Assembly (NCBI GenBank): GCA_032718475.1
Contig: JAUCBJ010007764.1
Coordinates: forward strand, 1-49,617
Origin: Nemertoderma westbladi
Taxonomy: Eukaryota > Animalia > Xenacoelomorpha
Length of the DNA stretch: 49,617 nucleotides
Direction of reading: 5' to 3'
Shown here: piece by piece, positions 34,791-46,426 of the stretch
How positions within the stretch are numbered: the first letter of the stretch is position 1
Layout of the letters: each line of letters begins with the position of its first letter
Position numbers and translations under genes: made by a program
The notes under the pieces: generated by a model
What the model saw: only the letters and a program-made list of their open reading frames with translations
Told to the model about the DNA's origin: nothing
The model's database searches: none

Positions 34791-37378
34791 TACAGCCCGG
34801 CTAATGGAGGGTCTGGCAATAGTTCTTGAATGGCTTCTATCTGTTTAAATGGCTACCGACTCTATCACAGGTGCTTTTGTTAACAAGCCCTTGACTGTGA
34901 TTTCCTATAATAGTACTGGCTTTAGTTCTGATAAACAGGAGTTTATTAAATTCCTCGCCCTAAGTGCAGACATTATTTTACTGCAAGAACACTTTATATT
35001 AAAAGATAATACTAATTATATTAAACGCCATTTTAGCGACTTTGATGCGTTTATAGAACCAGCTATATACAATAACGATAATCAGCAAGGTCGTCCAGTT
35101 GCGGGACTTTGTATATTAATTAAGAAAACATTAGCTAAATTTGTTCACCCCATTAAAACAAATAATTTCCGTTTACAGGCCATAAATTTATCTCTCCCAG
35201 ATAAACAGTTTGTAATTATAAATAGTTATTTTCCCGTAGATACACGAACAGTCGATTTGAGTTTAGTTAGCGATAATTTGCTGCAAATTATTAACGATAT
35301 AAGAAATATTATTAGTGACTCGAATGGTCACTTCTTTTTGGGGGGTGACCTTAATACTGATTTTGCAAGACATACAGCACATGTTTCGCTGGTTAATTCT
35401 TTTGTTTCAGATTATAGCCTAAATGTTTTATGGGATTATTTCGATGTTGATTATACTTTTATGTGCTCACTTAATAATATTTTATATACGTCAACAATTG
35501 ATCATTTCTTAGTTTCACAATCCATTTTAAATTCATGTACAGAAGCGGGAGTAGTTCACTCTGGAGCCAATTTATCGAATCATTCACCGGTGTATTTTAA
35601 ACTTAGTTTAGGCGATATTAATTGTAATATATCTTCACGGGAGAATAGTGAAGGTAAATTAAACTTTTCGAGAGCAACTAATGAACAAAAACAACTGTTT
35701 AAGCAAACCCTAATAGAGGGTTTATCAGATCATTCGTTGAATTGTGCAGACTGTAATAATGTTTTTTGTAATAATGATAGTCATTGTAGTGACATTGACT
35801 CGTATGCTTATAATATTTTAGAATCTTTAAATTCGGCGACCGAAAGTATTCCTATATTTTGCAGTAAAAGTAATAATAATACTACTTTACCGGGTTGGAA
35901 CGAACATGTTCGCCCATATAAAGAGGATGCCTTGTTTTGGCACAGTGTTTGGGTGTTGGCCGGTAGGCCGAATGCGAGCAGTAGTAATGGAAATATTTTT
36001 CATATGAGACGCACTTCTAGGTTGCAATATAAATATGCTGTCCGGCGTTTAAAATCGAAGGTTGACAAAGTACGTAAGGATAAGTTTATGGAGGCTTGTT
36101 TAACGAGCAATGGTGATATATTTACTGAAATTAGGAAATTACGCGGTAAATCGTCTAAGGAATATAGTACAGTTGTAGATGGTGAATCTGATGACGCATC
36201 TATTGCTAATGTGTTTGCGTCTATATATAATAATTTATATAATCAAGATTATGGTTCTGAGCTGGATTCCCTGTCAGCAGATATTAATGTCAAATTATCC
36301 GGTTATAATGCGAATAATGATTTAATTACACCACAGTTAGTCTCTATGGCCATCCACAAGCTCAAAGCTAATAAATCTGATGCTACATATAATTTTAACT
36401 CTGATTGTTTTATTTTTGCAAACTCGGAATTGGCAGACCATTTGTGTATTCTATTCAACTCATTTTTATATCATGGTTACGTTCCTTTGCTGTTATTGAA
36501 ATCTGCAATAATACCACTGATTAAAGATAAGTTAGGAGATAGTGCCTCATCCTCTAATTATAGAGCAATAGCATTGTCTTCCTTAGTATTAAAGATTTTT
36601 GAGTGGGTAGTTATTATATCTCAACGTGATTCACTTAAGTTAGATGAGCTGCAATTTGGTTTCCAACCAGATTCCAGTACTTCTATGTGTAGCTGGGCTG
36701 CGAAAGAATGCATATCGTTCTTGGAATATTAATGTTAGAACTGTGTTTAAGTTACCGTACAACACCCATAGGTTTATAGTAGAAGGTTTGGCACATTTTC
36801 CGTATCCAACATCCATGTTATGTAGTCGTCTCTTAAAGTTTTCGGATACGGTCCTTCTTAGCAAGAAACCGTCGATACGTTTCCTTGCGAACTTGGTATT
36901 TTTTGATTGTAGGACAGTGAGTGGTGCAAATCTTAAACGTATTAGTAATCATTGTAATCTTGATAGTAATTTTATTGTTCGTGCAGATATTTTTAATAAA
37001 AAGTGGTATTTAAACAGTGAAAACGTGAACTTAGTAGACACATGTAGAGAGATTATTGAGTGCCGCCACAATAATCTTGAAGTACCTGGTTTTGAGCAAG
37101 AGGAACTTGAAGTTATTCTTAAACATATTTGTGTTAGTTAGGCCGTTAATAGGTTCAAGTTAAATAGCCATATATTTATATTTACAATCATATTTCTTTT
37201 GGTACAGGCGTTGTTGTGCTAAGCTCATCCGCTTACATTATCTTTTCGTGCACTGTATTAATTAATAAATTTTCTCTATGTTTGTGCTACCTACATTAAT
37301 TACTTAATTACTTAGGAGCTGTACTATTATGTATCTTAAACATAATATGTATGATGATAATTAATAATAATAATAATA
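34791..37378 (+). mobile_element. LINE (APE-RT; RTE-group-like, tentative) inserted in Gypsy pol, with RT core deleted
   Basis: ORF 34849-36732 has SYN, LLQEH, GGDLN, IDHF and SNHSP (APE), then NYRAIALSS and QFGF (RT start). It jumps to a C-terminal segment ending at 37141, followed by a 3' UTR and (TAA)n tail at about 37357-37378. Confidence 0.9.
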
Positions 37379-37715
37379 GTCGGGTTGGAAAGTTGGGATT
37401 GTAGTATGAAAGATATTTCCCTGTACTGAGTAATGTACGAGCACGATCAAATACTAATTGATGATCTTCATTCCATTGGAAAACTACATTATTGCGATCC
37501 AAATGGCGCAGTGGTTCAAGCATCTGCGTCAATGTTGAGTCAAAATCACCAACTTGATTCACTAAACCAAAGAATGATTTCAATTCTTTACGATTTCGAG
37601 GCGATGGGAATTCACGAATATCATTGGTTAAATTGGGATCAATACAAAAAGAACCATGAGTGATACTAAAGCCACCAAACAATACTTGAGGTTTAGCAAA
37701 TTGGACTTTGGATTT
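37379..37715 (-). mobile_element. Ty3/Gypsy pol: RT end and connection domain (upstream half of the interrupted element)
   Basis: KVQFAKPQVLFGGF...FPSPRNRKELKSFFGLVNQ...FQWNEDHQLVF...LSYYNPNFPTRL. Confidence 0.85.
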
Positions 37716-37879
37716 GTAACTTTGTCAGTAAAATTTGTCAGAAACATGTTGGATATAACGTGATTGTGGTTGGCGATTTTTACACATACGACTAAAATGG
37801 TTGAGTTGTCCACAATTAGTACATGTTTTCCCATTTGCAGGACAATTTTTTTTTATTTATAAAAATTTACAGTATGGTA

Positions 37880-38095
37880 AACATTATAAATTTAACTATG
37901 GAAATGATGAATGAAATGACTTCGAATACCTCGGAGTTACCCTTCAGACATCTTTATCATTCACTACCCACATAAAGCTAAAGAAAATTAAAGCATCTGG
38001 AAATATTGGGTCGTTGGAGCAAAGCAGCATTTGCAATTTGCGTTTATTATCCATATCCATGGACATCGCCATTAAAATATTTAATATAAAAATAT
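37880..38095 (+). mobile_element. Old LINE RT C-terminal fragment
   Basis: FEYLGVTLQTSLSFTTHI translated from 37921. Confidence 0.55.
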
Positions 38096-38309
38096 ATCGT
38101 TTGCATTACAGTAGTAACAATCATTCACAGAAATAGGCCCGCTGTTCACTCTTTGCTACAATACCGGCAATATTATATTTCTTGGATAAAAAATCCTAAC
38201 TAAGATAATACATAACGAATAATACAAAGCTGTACAACACACCAAGTAGCTATACAATGTTGAAACGGTCGACGCTACTCAGTGAAAATAGTTTTAACAA
38301 TACCTTAGG

Positions 38310-38442
38310 CAGGTAGAGAGTCTCGGGAGCTTCGAGACTCTGCCAAAACGAGCACGCGAGCTTTCGGGCGCTCGAGACCCAGCTCTTGAGAATCCAAAGG
38401 CTCTTCTTCGTTTGCTCGAGAGTCCGATAATTCGGCCCCTGT
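38310..38442. mobile_element. Probable Harbinger-type MITE end with CTCGAG-like repeats
   Basis: Repeated CTCGAG/CTCGGG/TTCGAG motifs ending in AATTCGGCCCCTG. Confidence 0.4.
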
Positions 38443-40629
38443 GTTTATTGCGCCATCATCAGCGCTACAGAAATATAATCTTATAGAAAGACATAGAATC
38501 TTATAGAACGCAACAGAATACAAGCCAATGGAATTAGAGTGGAATGAATAAACCAATCGTACAGTAGATTGTTGCGTTGTTGCGCCAATGCAGACGATTC
38601 CGCTGTAGCAGTGTTGCGCCGTGTTGCGTGTTTTCCAGGAAGCCAAAAAGGTTTGTAATTTTAGTGCATTTCCGCTTCGAGCAGCACTATTTAAAATAGT
38701 GAATTTTATGGATTTTTTTTCACGAAATGTCATGTCAATATCTATATCGGAATTGGCTATCTATTTGACATCTCTTGTAATAAACTATTGTATAATCCTA
38801 TATGGAAGTGATTTTATCGTTTTATGTATCGATTTTGTATGGTATGGCTGATTGAACATTTAAAAAATGGAAATAATTGATCAGCCATTCAATCAGCTAC
38901 CGTAATTTTGTGTGTTTTAATTACTATACAGTATACCAAAGTAATCAGATATTACAGTAATTAAGCTGCTACAGTAGTGTTAGTCAGTTAGTAATCGAGT
39001 AAGCCATATAATATTATATGGTACAATACCAGGCATAATATATGCAAGAAAAATAAAAAAACATAGTATAACTGTATAAGTGGATTAGTTTAATTACAAT
39101 AATGTACTGTAAATTAAATATTTATAGTTAAGTCTGGTTTAGTATTAAACATACTGTATTTATACAATATCTCATTGAAGTACTTGCCACGTAAGTAATA
39201 TTCAATGTGGGCAAAATGCAGGTCTCACATATCAGTTCATCACCCACGCGTTTTATTCACACAACTTTTATAATACCAACCACTTCGTGCAACGGGGTGT
39301 AAATGCTACGCCGTAACGCCGACAACCGACGCCAACACCCGACAACCTTATTAAAGCTAATTAATTAATGTTCTTTATTAATTATTGAGGGTAAGGAACA
39401 GGTTACAGTGGAAGGTTAGTCTAACCAAAACAATAAACGAGAGTTTAAGAACTCAGGTTACATTTTCATATTTGCTGTTGTCGGCAGTGGTTGCCGGTTG
39501 CCCTGACTGCTCCCGGTATAACTTGTATAATTAGGCAGTCAAGGCCAGTAAGGGTAGAGTAATGCCTAATAGAATAGTGAATACAGATACTGATAGATAT
39601 GGATTAATATGGTAACCTGAACTTTTTTAAGTTAGCAATATTCCATTCTCATTGACTCTGTGTTAAACAGGATTAACGTATTGGTTGCTGTTTAGTAGCA
39701 GCTTTCTCCAACTACATTTCTTATTTTTTACAAAATGGAATAATGTTAACTGGAAAAGCCACGATCTAGATCTAAGCACCAGTTATCAGACTGTAGCCAA
39801 CTCGCTACCTGCACTGGTGCTACTACATACTACAGTACAGCAGTACTGTACTGCAGGTACTGTGTAGGCCTACCTGGTGTACCGTAACCGCACTCTGGTA
39901 CTGTCAGACTGTGGTACCAGTCAAGCTAGTGTACTGACTGGTGCATGGTGTGTCAGTGTGTGATTTGATTTATTAACAGATAGGGCTACTGAGACACCGG
40001 CAGACCGGTACATCGGTATGGAGTATTTCTGTATTTATACCCCCCTGTTTTCGATTCGATTACAGCCTTCTGGCAGTCTGGCCTTATTAGTATTACTGTA
40101 TTATTATAGTTTTACTAAAACTTCAGAACTTCCAGTCCAGTCTGCCAGTGGGTACCAGGGTTAGGGTTCAGGCTGTCCACTGTCAGGGTACCACTGGCAA
40201 CTGCTGAACTGGTACCAGAGCCAGTGACCAGTCTGCCAGTTGGCAGTACTGCAGTACAGTACCTACCGGTACAGCAGTACAGACCTAAGTACCAGATTCT
40301 GCACGCCTGACGCCTGACTTTTTTTACAATACTGGTAGGCCAACCGCCCTCTGGCCCTACCGGTACCGGTAGTGTTTCAGTGTTTACTGTCTGACTGTCA
40401 CTGTTGTACAGCGCAGGTTCAAATTACAGAATTAGAGTAAAGTTTTAATTTTGTTGTTTTATTTTTTCGGTTTTTAAGTTTGTATGTTCTTTAAACACTA
40501 TCAGACCATCTGAGATCTGAGATCTGACTATTCTCGCTGAGTATGGAGTACCTACCGTACTTTATGACCTTAGTAACTTTAAACAGTCCACAGTCAGACA
40601 GTCAGTACAGCAGTACCGGTAGGCCCGTA

Positions 40630-41220
40630 TGCTAAGTGATTTTTTTGTGCGCCGAACGCGACGCGGCGCAGAAAAAAATGTGCGCCTGCGCAGTCGAAAA
40701 CAGTCAGACAGTGCAAAATCCGCGTGCGCAGCAGAAAAACTGCGCGAGATTGGCGCGCGCAGCAGAAATTCTGCGCGAGATTGGCGCGCACAGCAGAAAT
40801 ACTGCGCGAAATCTCCTACCACCTGACCACGTACCTCTGTACCTGCCTGCCTACTGCCAGACTGCTGTACTGGCCTAAAGCTGTTAAAGCACACCAAGCA
40901 GCCAAGTAGCAAGTACTGAAGTAGGAGGCTTATTATTTCAGTATTTCTTACAGTCTTATCTGTATTGTCATTACCCTGTTACCGGTAGTCGGCAGACTGC
41001 CAGGGGTAGCGGGTAGGTCTACTTACCGGTACTGACTTAGTGCTGTAATGCAAGTCTGAGCCGTGCTATCAATTTTCTGCGCCTGCGCCTGTCGCGCCGC
41101 GCTCTAAATTTTCTGCGCCTGCGCGCTGCTCGGCGCTGCGCTCTCAATTTTCTGCGCCTGCTCCAAATTCTGGAAAAAATTGTGCGCCGAACGCGTTCGG
41201 CGTACATGCCCTACTTAGCA
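40630..41220. mobile_element. GC-rich inverted-repeat element (hAT-like MITE) upstream of PUS7
   Basis: TGCTAAGT..GTGCGCCGAACGCG on the left mirrors CGCGTTCGGCGTACATGCCCTACTTAGCA on the right. GCGCAG repeats on the left and CTGCGC repeats on the right. Confidence 0.6.
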
Positions 41221-41486
41221 GAATGGCCGGTAGGCCTACTTTAAAATACTACATACTACTCCCCCTATCTGCCTATTACATACTGACATAGGCCTACCCC
41301 TGTACCCTACAGCACAGCCCTACCAGCCTACATAGTCAGATACCGGTAGTAAAGCCAGACAGCCAGAAAGCTGTAAACTAAATTAATACAGAAATAAATT
41401 ACGTAGGAGCTTATGCGTGCGGAAGCTTAGGCCTACTGAATAACAACAAAACAACTATCCAACAGTCGAAATCGGTATCGGTACCT

Positions 41487-43382
41487 ATGTATTCAATCAC
41501 AGAAAATGACGTGGAATGTTCTGCTCCTGCGAAAAAGCTATTGAAACTTTCTGAAGATTTCAATACTGTGGCTGAGAACGAACAATGTAAGGCGGATGTA
41601 GTTGACATTACTACCGAATATTTTGCTGAAGAGGAAGACAAGGATAATGATAACGACCTTCCAAATATTTCCGTTTATAAACGACAAGAAATCGATGTTG
41701 GAATCTCAGAATTTATTTCCCCCGATTGTGGATTTACTGGGATATTAAAGGAACGAATAAGTGATTTTATAGTTAATGAAATTGATTCCCTCGGCAAGGT
41801 CGTTGAACTCACCGATTTATCGCTGAGTGTCGGTTCCATGGAAACCGATCTGTCGTTAAAGGCTCCATCGGAAAGTGATATTAACCTCGGAGAATTTGTG
41901 TTTCCGGAAAACATTGAGGCCGATATAGAAAAGTTGAATTGTTGCGTTAAAGAAGACGAAGTGACTATAGGGAAGGTTGCTTTTAGCGCCCCTACAGACA
42001 AAGATGCTCGAGGTAAAATACACGAATATATTCGGGCGAAATACCCGCGATGCGAAAGCACAACCATGACTGACAGCGAGGGGCGAACTACAATAAGCGT
42101 AGAACGTAAATCCTCTACCAGTCGCAAACACTGGCGGACAAAACGCCCACAATCGCTCGACACAAAATACATTATATTCCACCTCTATAAGTTCAACCAC
42201 AACACGCAGGAATGCGTTTCGCGAATAGCCAGAGCGATCCACTTGAGACCGAAATCCTTCGGATTCGCTGGAACTAAAGACAAGCGAGGGATTACAGTAC
42301 AGCGAGTCAGCGTTCATCATTCCTCTATGAAACAACTACAGAACGCTAAACTTCCTCCTGGAGTCGTCATCGGCAACTATTCCTTCTCGCCTTGTCAACT
42401 CAATTTGGGGGATCTGTGGGGGAACCGTTTCCGGGTAATTCTTCGGAACTGTTCCGTATCCGATGGAGGAACGTTCCACGAGGTGGTGGAACGCTGTTGC
42501 GACTCGTTGGGAACTCGAGGGTTTATTAACTACTTCGGTATGCAACGGTTTGGTTGCTATGCGACGGCTACGCACTGCGTCGGGCGGGCGCTACTCCAAC
42601 GCGATTGGAACGCCGCTGTCGACTTAATTCTGAAATCAAAATTTGAATCGAGAGTTGAAATAACCAAAGATTACTGGTGGAAAGACGATGTTATTGTTAA
42701 AGATATCGTAGAAAATCGGCCGCAATGCGTCTCCTTCTTTGACGTCGAATTCAATATCCTTAAACATCTCGCCAAGCACGGAGGTAGCAACGCTCTGGGT
42801 GCCTTGGAAACCCTCCAACGCAACCAACTGCTCCTATATCTCCATAGCTACCAGGCGTTTATTTGGAATTCTGTGGTTTCCCAACGTTTAAGACTTACTG
42901 AACGTCCGGCGACCGCAGTACTGGTGGGCGACTTAATTAGGAAAGATAATACAGTTGTCTGCGTTACCGAGGAGAACTACAGTCAGTACTCGATAGAAGA
43001 TGTTGTCATTCCGCTTCCGGGTTCCGAAGTTAAATATCCCGCCAATGATTGCTTCAAGTGGATGCTGGATTATATCAATAGGGACAGTTTGGATGTAAAT
43101 AGTTTAAAGTTCCGTAACTGCGACAAACCGTTACCAGGTAGTTACAGACACATTATATCGAAACCGAAGTATTTTACTTGGGATATTATAAAATATTCCG
43201 ATCCGAAGTTGCCCCTGTTATTATCGGACACAGACGTTATTGAAGGTAAAGTTCTACCAGCTTCTATTCCAGATGGGAATTTAACCGCTTTGCGATTGGA
43301 GTTCTCGTTAAGCAGCTCATCTTACGCGACTATGGCGATTCGCGAACTCACTAAAGTTGATTCAGTTACTTTGTGTACGTAA
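41487..43382 (+). CDS. PUS7: Pseudouridine synthase 7 (TruD family), intronless (631 aa)
   Basis: GFTGILKERISDFIVNEI, catalytic FAGTKDKRGITVQ, LGDLWGNRF, GFINYFGMQRFG, HSYQAFIWN and SSYATMAIRE. Confidence 0.95.
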   Translation: MYSITENDVECSAPAKKLLKLSEDFNTVAENEQCKADVVDITTEYFAEEEDKDNDNDLPNISVYKRQEIDVGISEFISPDCGFTGILKERISDFIVNEIDSLGKVVELTDLSLSVGSMETDLSLKAPSESDINLGEFVFPENIEADIEKLNCCVKEDEVTIGKVAFSAPTDKDARGKIHEYIRAKYPRCESTTMTDSEGRTTISVERKSSTSRKHWRTKRPQSLDTKYIIFHLYKFNHNTQECVSRIARAIHLRPKSFGFAGTKDKRGITVQRVSVHHSSMKQLQNAKLPPGVVIGNYSFSPCQLNLGDLWGNRFRVILRNCSVSDGGTFHEVVERCCDSLGTRGFINYFGMQRFGCYATATHCVGRALLQRDWNAAVDLILKSKFESRVEITKDYWWKDDVIVKDIVENRPQCVSFFDVEFNILKHLAKHGGSNALGALETLQRNQLLLYLHSYQAFIWNSVVSQRLRLTERPATAVLVGDLIRKDNTVVCVTEENYSQYSIEDVVIPLPGSEVKYPANDCFKWMLDYINRDSLDVNSLKFRNCDKPLPGSYRHIISKPKYFTWDIIKYSDPKLPLLLSDTDVIEGKVLPASIPDGNLTALRLEFSLSSSSYATMAIRELTKVDSVTLCT

Positions 43383-44010
43383 CAGATTGACATTAATGGC
43401 TTTGTGTACAGTAATTCATTTTGTTATTAACTTTAGTAGAGAAATTAATAATAATGTATGCTGTTGGATTGATGGTTGCATCTTGCATTTCAATGTTATG
43501 TTATATGAAAATTTAAGTGAATATTATGTTTAGGCACCTGATATAACGTCGAACAATGTATTCTGTACAACAAATGATTTAATGTTTTGATTGTGGGAGT
43601 AATCAGCTGTTATTTGCATCGATTTTCTCATGGAGAGGAATGAATTTTAATTGCGTCAAAAACCCCCTCCCTCCACCTGGTTTTTAGCAAAATTATTTAG
43701 ATTACTGTAAATCATTAAGATAATGAGTGGGTTACACTAGAGGTGTTCTAACCAAAACAATAAACTAATCTTAATTTTATATACGACGAATTCGCGTAGA
43801 AGTTCGTTTTTTTCACTCTGAATATATTAATATTTTATAATTATAATAAAATTACGAACATTATATAATAATAATAAATATAAACCAGAGTATCACACTG
43901 AATTAGGCCGTTCTACAGGTAGTACTGGTACCGGAATTATTATTTTATGTTACTGTGGTATTTCAGTATTTGCGAGTAAACATAGCATTCATTGTCGGAT
44001 TGTGCGCTGT

Positions 44011-45903
44011 ATGATGCCGCTTCATACATTTGTTTATCGTAGATCTCCTGTTGTATCGATACTCCGATACCCACCAACATTGCGTTCCCGGTCCCACAAA
44101 CTCCAGTTGAATAAACGCCATCTCTCCACCACAACACACAGATGTTCCTTTATTAAAACATTGTTTACTAGCGATGTCGAACTCGATATGATACTGCCTT
44201 ACCCCGAAGTTAAATGGGACGATTTCTACAGATTAGAGGAGTTTATAGGTAAGGTACGTGTGTCTATGGGGATCCCAGAGTTAGTTGTAGACAAACACGG
44301 GCGTATGCCGCCACTAATAGACAGTAGTTCAGGGCCTAAAACCTCGCTACAGCCCGAAAATATATCGCATCTCGGTTTATACGGGATCTTATTGCTCAAA
44401 CGATACAACGGTATCGCTCTCAACACCGTGTGGTCGTCTAGACTGTTTGAAACGCTTTCGTATCACCCGAAACTAGCAGTTAACTTACTGTTCCACAACC
44501 TAGGAGGTGCAGTCGTACAGACTTTAGTCGATGACGAGTCGATTAAACAACAACTCCTTCCCGGGTTCGCTTCCTACGAGACTCCGGTAGCTGTTGGTTT
44601 ATCGGAAGCCGGCGGTTCTATAACAGATTATCTATTAACAACATCGGTTTTATCGAATGACAACCTAAGTTATTGTATAGACGGATCCAAATTATCGGTA
44701 GTTGGGGGTTCTAGATCCAAATTTATTATTCTACCGACTAAAAATAAATCCGATTTTAATGTATTTCTTCTGGAATCGAATCGTAAAGGAATTAAACTCA
44801 CTGACAACTCGAACAATCTGATAGATTCCGCTTCTTTTGAGTTCAGTGATTGCCTCGCATCGTTCGACTCTCTGCTGTACACCGGTAACAACCCAGACAA
44901 ATACTCAAGGATTCTCTCTGTAGGACGAACCTGGTTGTCTTCCGTTGCTGTAGGTCTACTCAAACAGCTCGTACATAAGTTCAGCATCCACGCAGGAGTC
45001 ACTCAGACCCCTCTAGGCAAACTCATGGAGAATCAACTCGTACAGAAATCTATAGGAGACGTTTCCGCTAAAGTATTCGCGCTGGAAAGCGTTACTTACT
45101 ACATGTCTCTTCTACTAGACGATCAGCCGTCCCAGGATTGGCTACTGGAGTCGTTGCTTAGTTACTCTATCGCATGTGAGACCATCTACGAATGTTTCCC
45201 GCTACTTATTAAGTTAATGGGTTCCGCCGGGTTGAATACTGACCTCGAGGTAACAACCTGTTTGCAGACTCTAGTCTCTCTAACTAACTTATTCGGTTCG
45301 CCTGACCAATATAAAGTCCATGTTAGTGTAGAAGGCACACGTTACTTAGGAGAGCTTAGGAAGTATCGTTATAGTCCGTGGAAGAGGTTTCTTGATAACG
45401 TAACCATGGTAGTGGGTCTGACTCCTCGTTTAGGTCTACGAGACCATATTTACGGTCAGGAGTTTCACGATAACTTCAAGGAGGATAACCTCGCAAGGAA
45501 CATGGAGATTGGGTTGTGGATGTGTTACGAGATAGCGGATAAACTAATTGACCAATCAGCGTCCGAGTTGCACGAAAGGCAGGTCGTGTTGGACCAATTG
45601 GCTACCGTGGCTTCCTATTCGTTCGCTATGGTTGCCACGGCGACTAGAGCGTCGCGTAACTACGAGTGTGGTCATGAGAACGCTGACCACGGGATGAGGT
45701 TGGGGTTGGAGTACTGCAGACAGACTAGCAGGAGGTTAGAGACTTGTCTACGGGAGATGCAAGGATTCAGGATGGAGTCTAGTCATTTCGACGAAGTTAT
45801 GTATTTAGGGGCTGAAATTATGGACAAACGTTATTACTTCAGTCCCCACCCACTCGCTCCCGATCTTATGACTTACGACAAGGATGAAATCTTACCAACT
45901 TAA
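44011..45903 (+). CDS. ACAD9: ACAD9-like acyl-CoA dehydrogenase family protein / complex I assembly factor, intronless (630 aa)
   Basis: Mitochondrial presequence, SFIKTLF...ILPYPEV, LGLYG, IDGSK, ALESVTY, and the VLCAD/ACAD9-type C-terminal extension (ERQVVLDQLA...FAMVATATRASR...NADH...HPL). Confidence 0.75.
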   Translation: MMPLHTFVYRRSPVVSILRYPPTLRSRSHKLQLNKRHLSTTTHRCSFIKTLFTSDVELDMILPYPEVKWDDFYRLEEFIGKVRVSMGIPELVVDKHGRMPPLIDSSSGPKTSLQPENISHLGLYGILLLKRYNGIALNTVWSSRLFETLSYHPKLAVNLLFHNLGGAVVQTLVDDESIKQQLLPGFASYETPVAVGLSEAGGSITDYLLTTSVLSNDNLSYCIDGSKLSVVGGSRSKFIILPTKNKSDFNVFLLESNRKGIKLTDNSNNLIDSASFEFSDCLASFDSLLYTGNNPDKYSRILSVGRTWLSSVAVGLLKQLVHKFSIHAGVTQTPLGKLMENQLVQKSIGDVSAKVFALESVTYYMSLLLDDQPSQDWLLESLLSYSIACETIYECFPLLIKLMGSAGLNTDLEVTTCLQTLVSLTNLFGSPDQYKVHVSVEGTRYLGELRKYRYSPWKRFLDNVTMVVGLTPRLGLRDHIYGQEFHDNFKEDNLARNMEIGLWMCYEIADKLIDQSASELHERQVVLDQLATVASYSFAMVATATRASRNYECGHENADHGMRLGLEYCRQTSRRLETCLREMQGFRMESSHFDEVMYLGAEIMDKRYYFSPHPLAPDLMTYDKDEILPT

Positions 45904-46174
45904 ATCATTTATTTCTCCAAACAGATTTGGTTTACATAACTAATTCAGTTCTGTTGTGGTGTAGATTACACGCTGTTATGTGTAAATAGGTGATAGTTTT
46001 TAAATTGAAAGACTATGCAATTTTAGTTTCTGAATTAATATTTAGTTTAATAGTCAGGTGATAATTTCAACTTATTATATTTATTATACATCAACGCCTA
46101 AACACCTACCCACCTACTCCCTATACACGTTGTAGTATTTATTACGCACATAGAGTGGGCACTAGCACATAAAA

Positions 46175-46420
46175 TAAAGTAAATAAATTTGTTTTCGGGT
46201 GTTTGGCCAGGGATTACATTACGCACGTCCACTGCGGCCCCACCAGAACTAATGTTACTCACCACCAGAGGAAACTCCAGTACTCATTTAACTACCATTT
46301 TAAGGATGAAAGGCAGAGATATAAGCCCTTGTTAGTCCCTTTTAAGTATATGTGTCGAAACGAAATCTACCCTGGCCCCCATGCAGGGATCGAACCCACG
46401 ATCTCTTGATAAGATGTGAA
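46175..46420 (-). mobile_element. Diverged copy of the tRNA-derived SINE, 5' end lost
   Basis: GGCCAGGGATTAC...CAGAGGAAACTCCAGTACTCATTTA...GATCGAACCCACGA. Confidence 0.75.
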
Positions 46421-46426
46421 GGAAAC

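Noticed and set aside
40158-40172. Telomeric TTAGGG repeat
   Set aside because: Only about two units.
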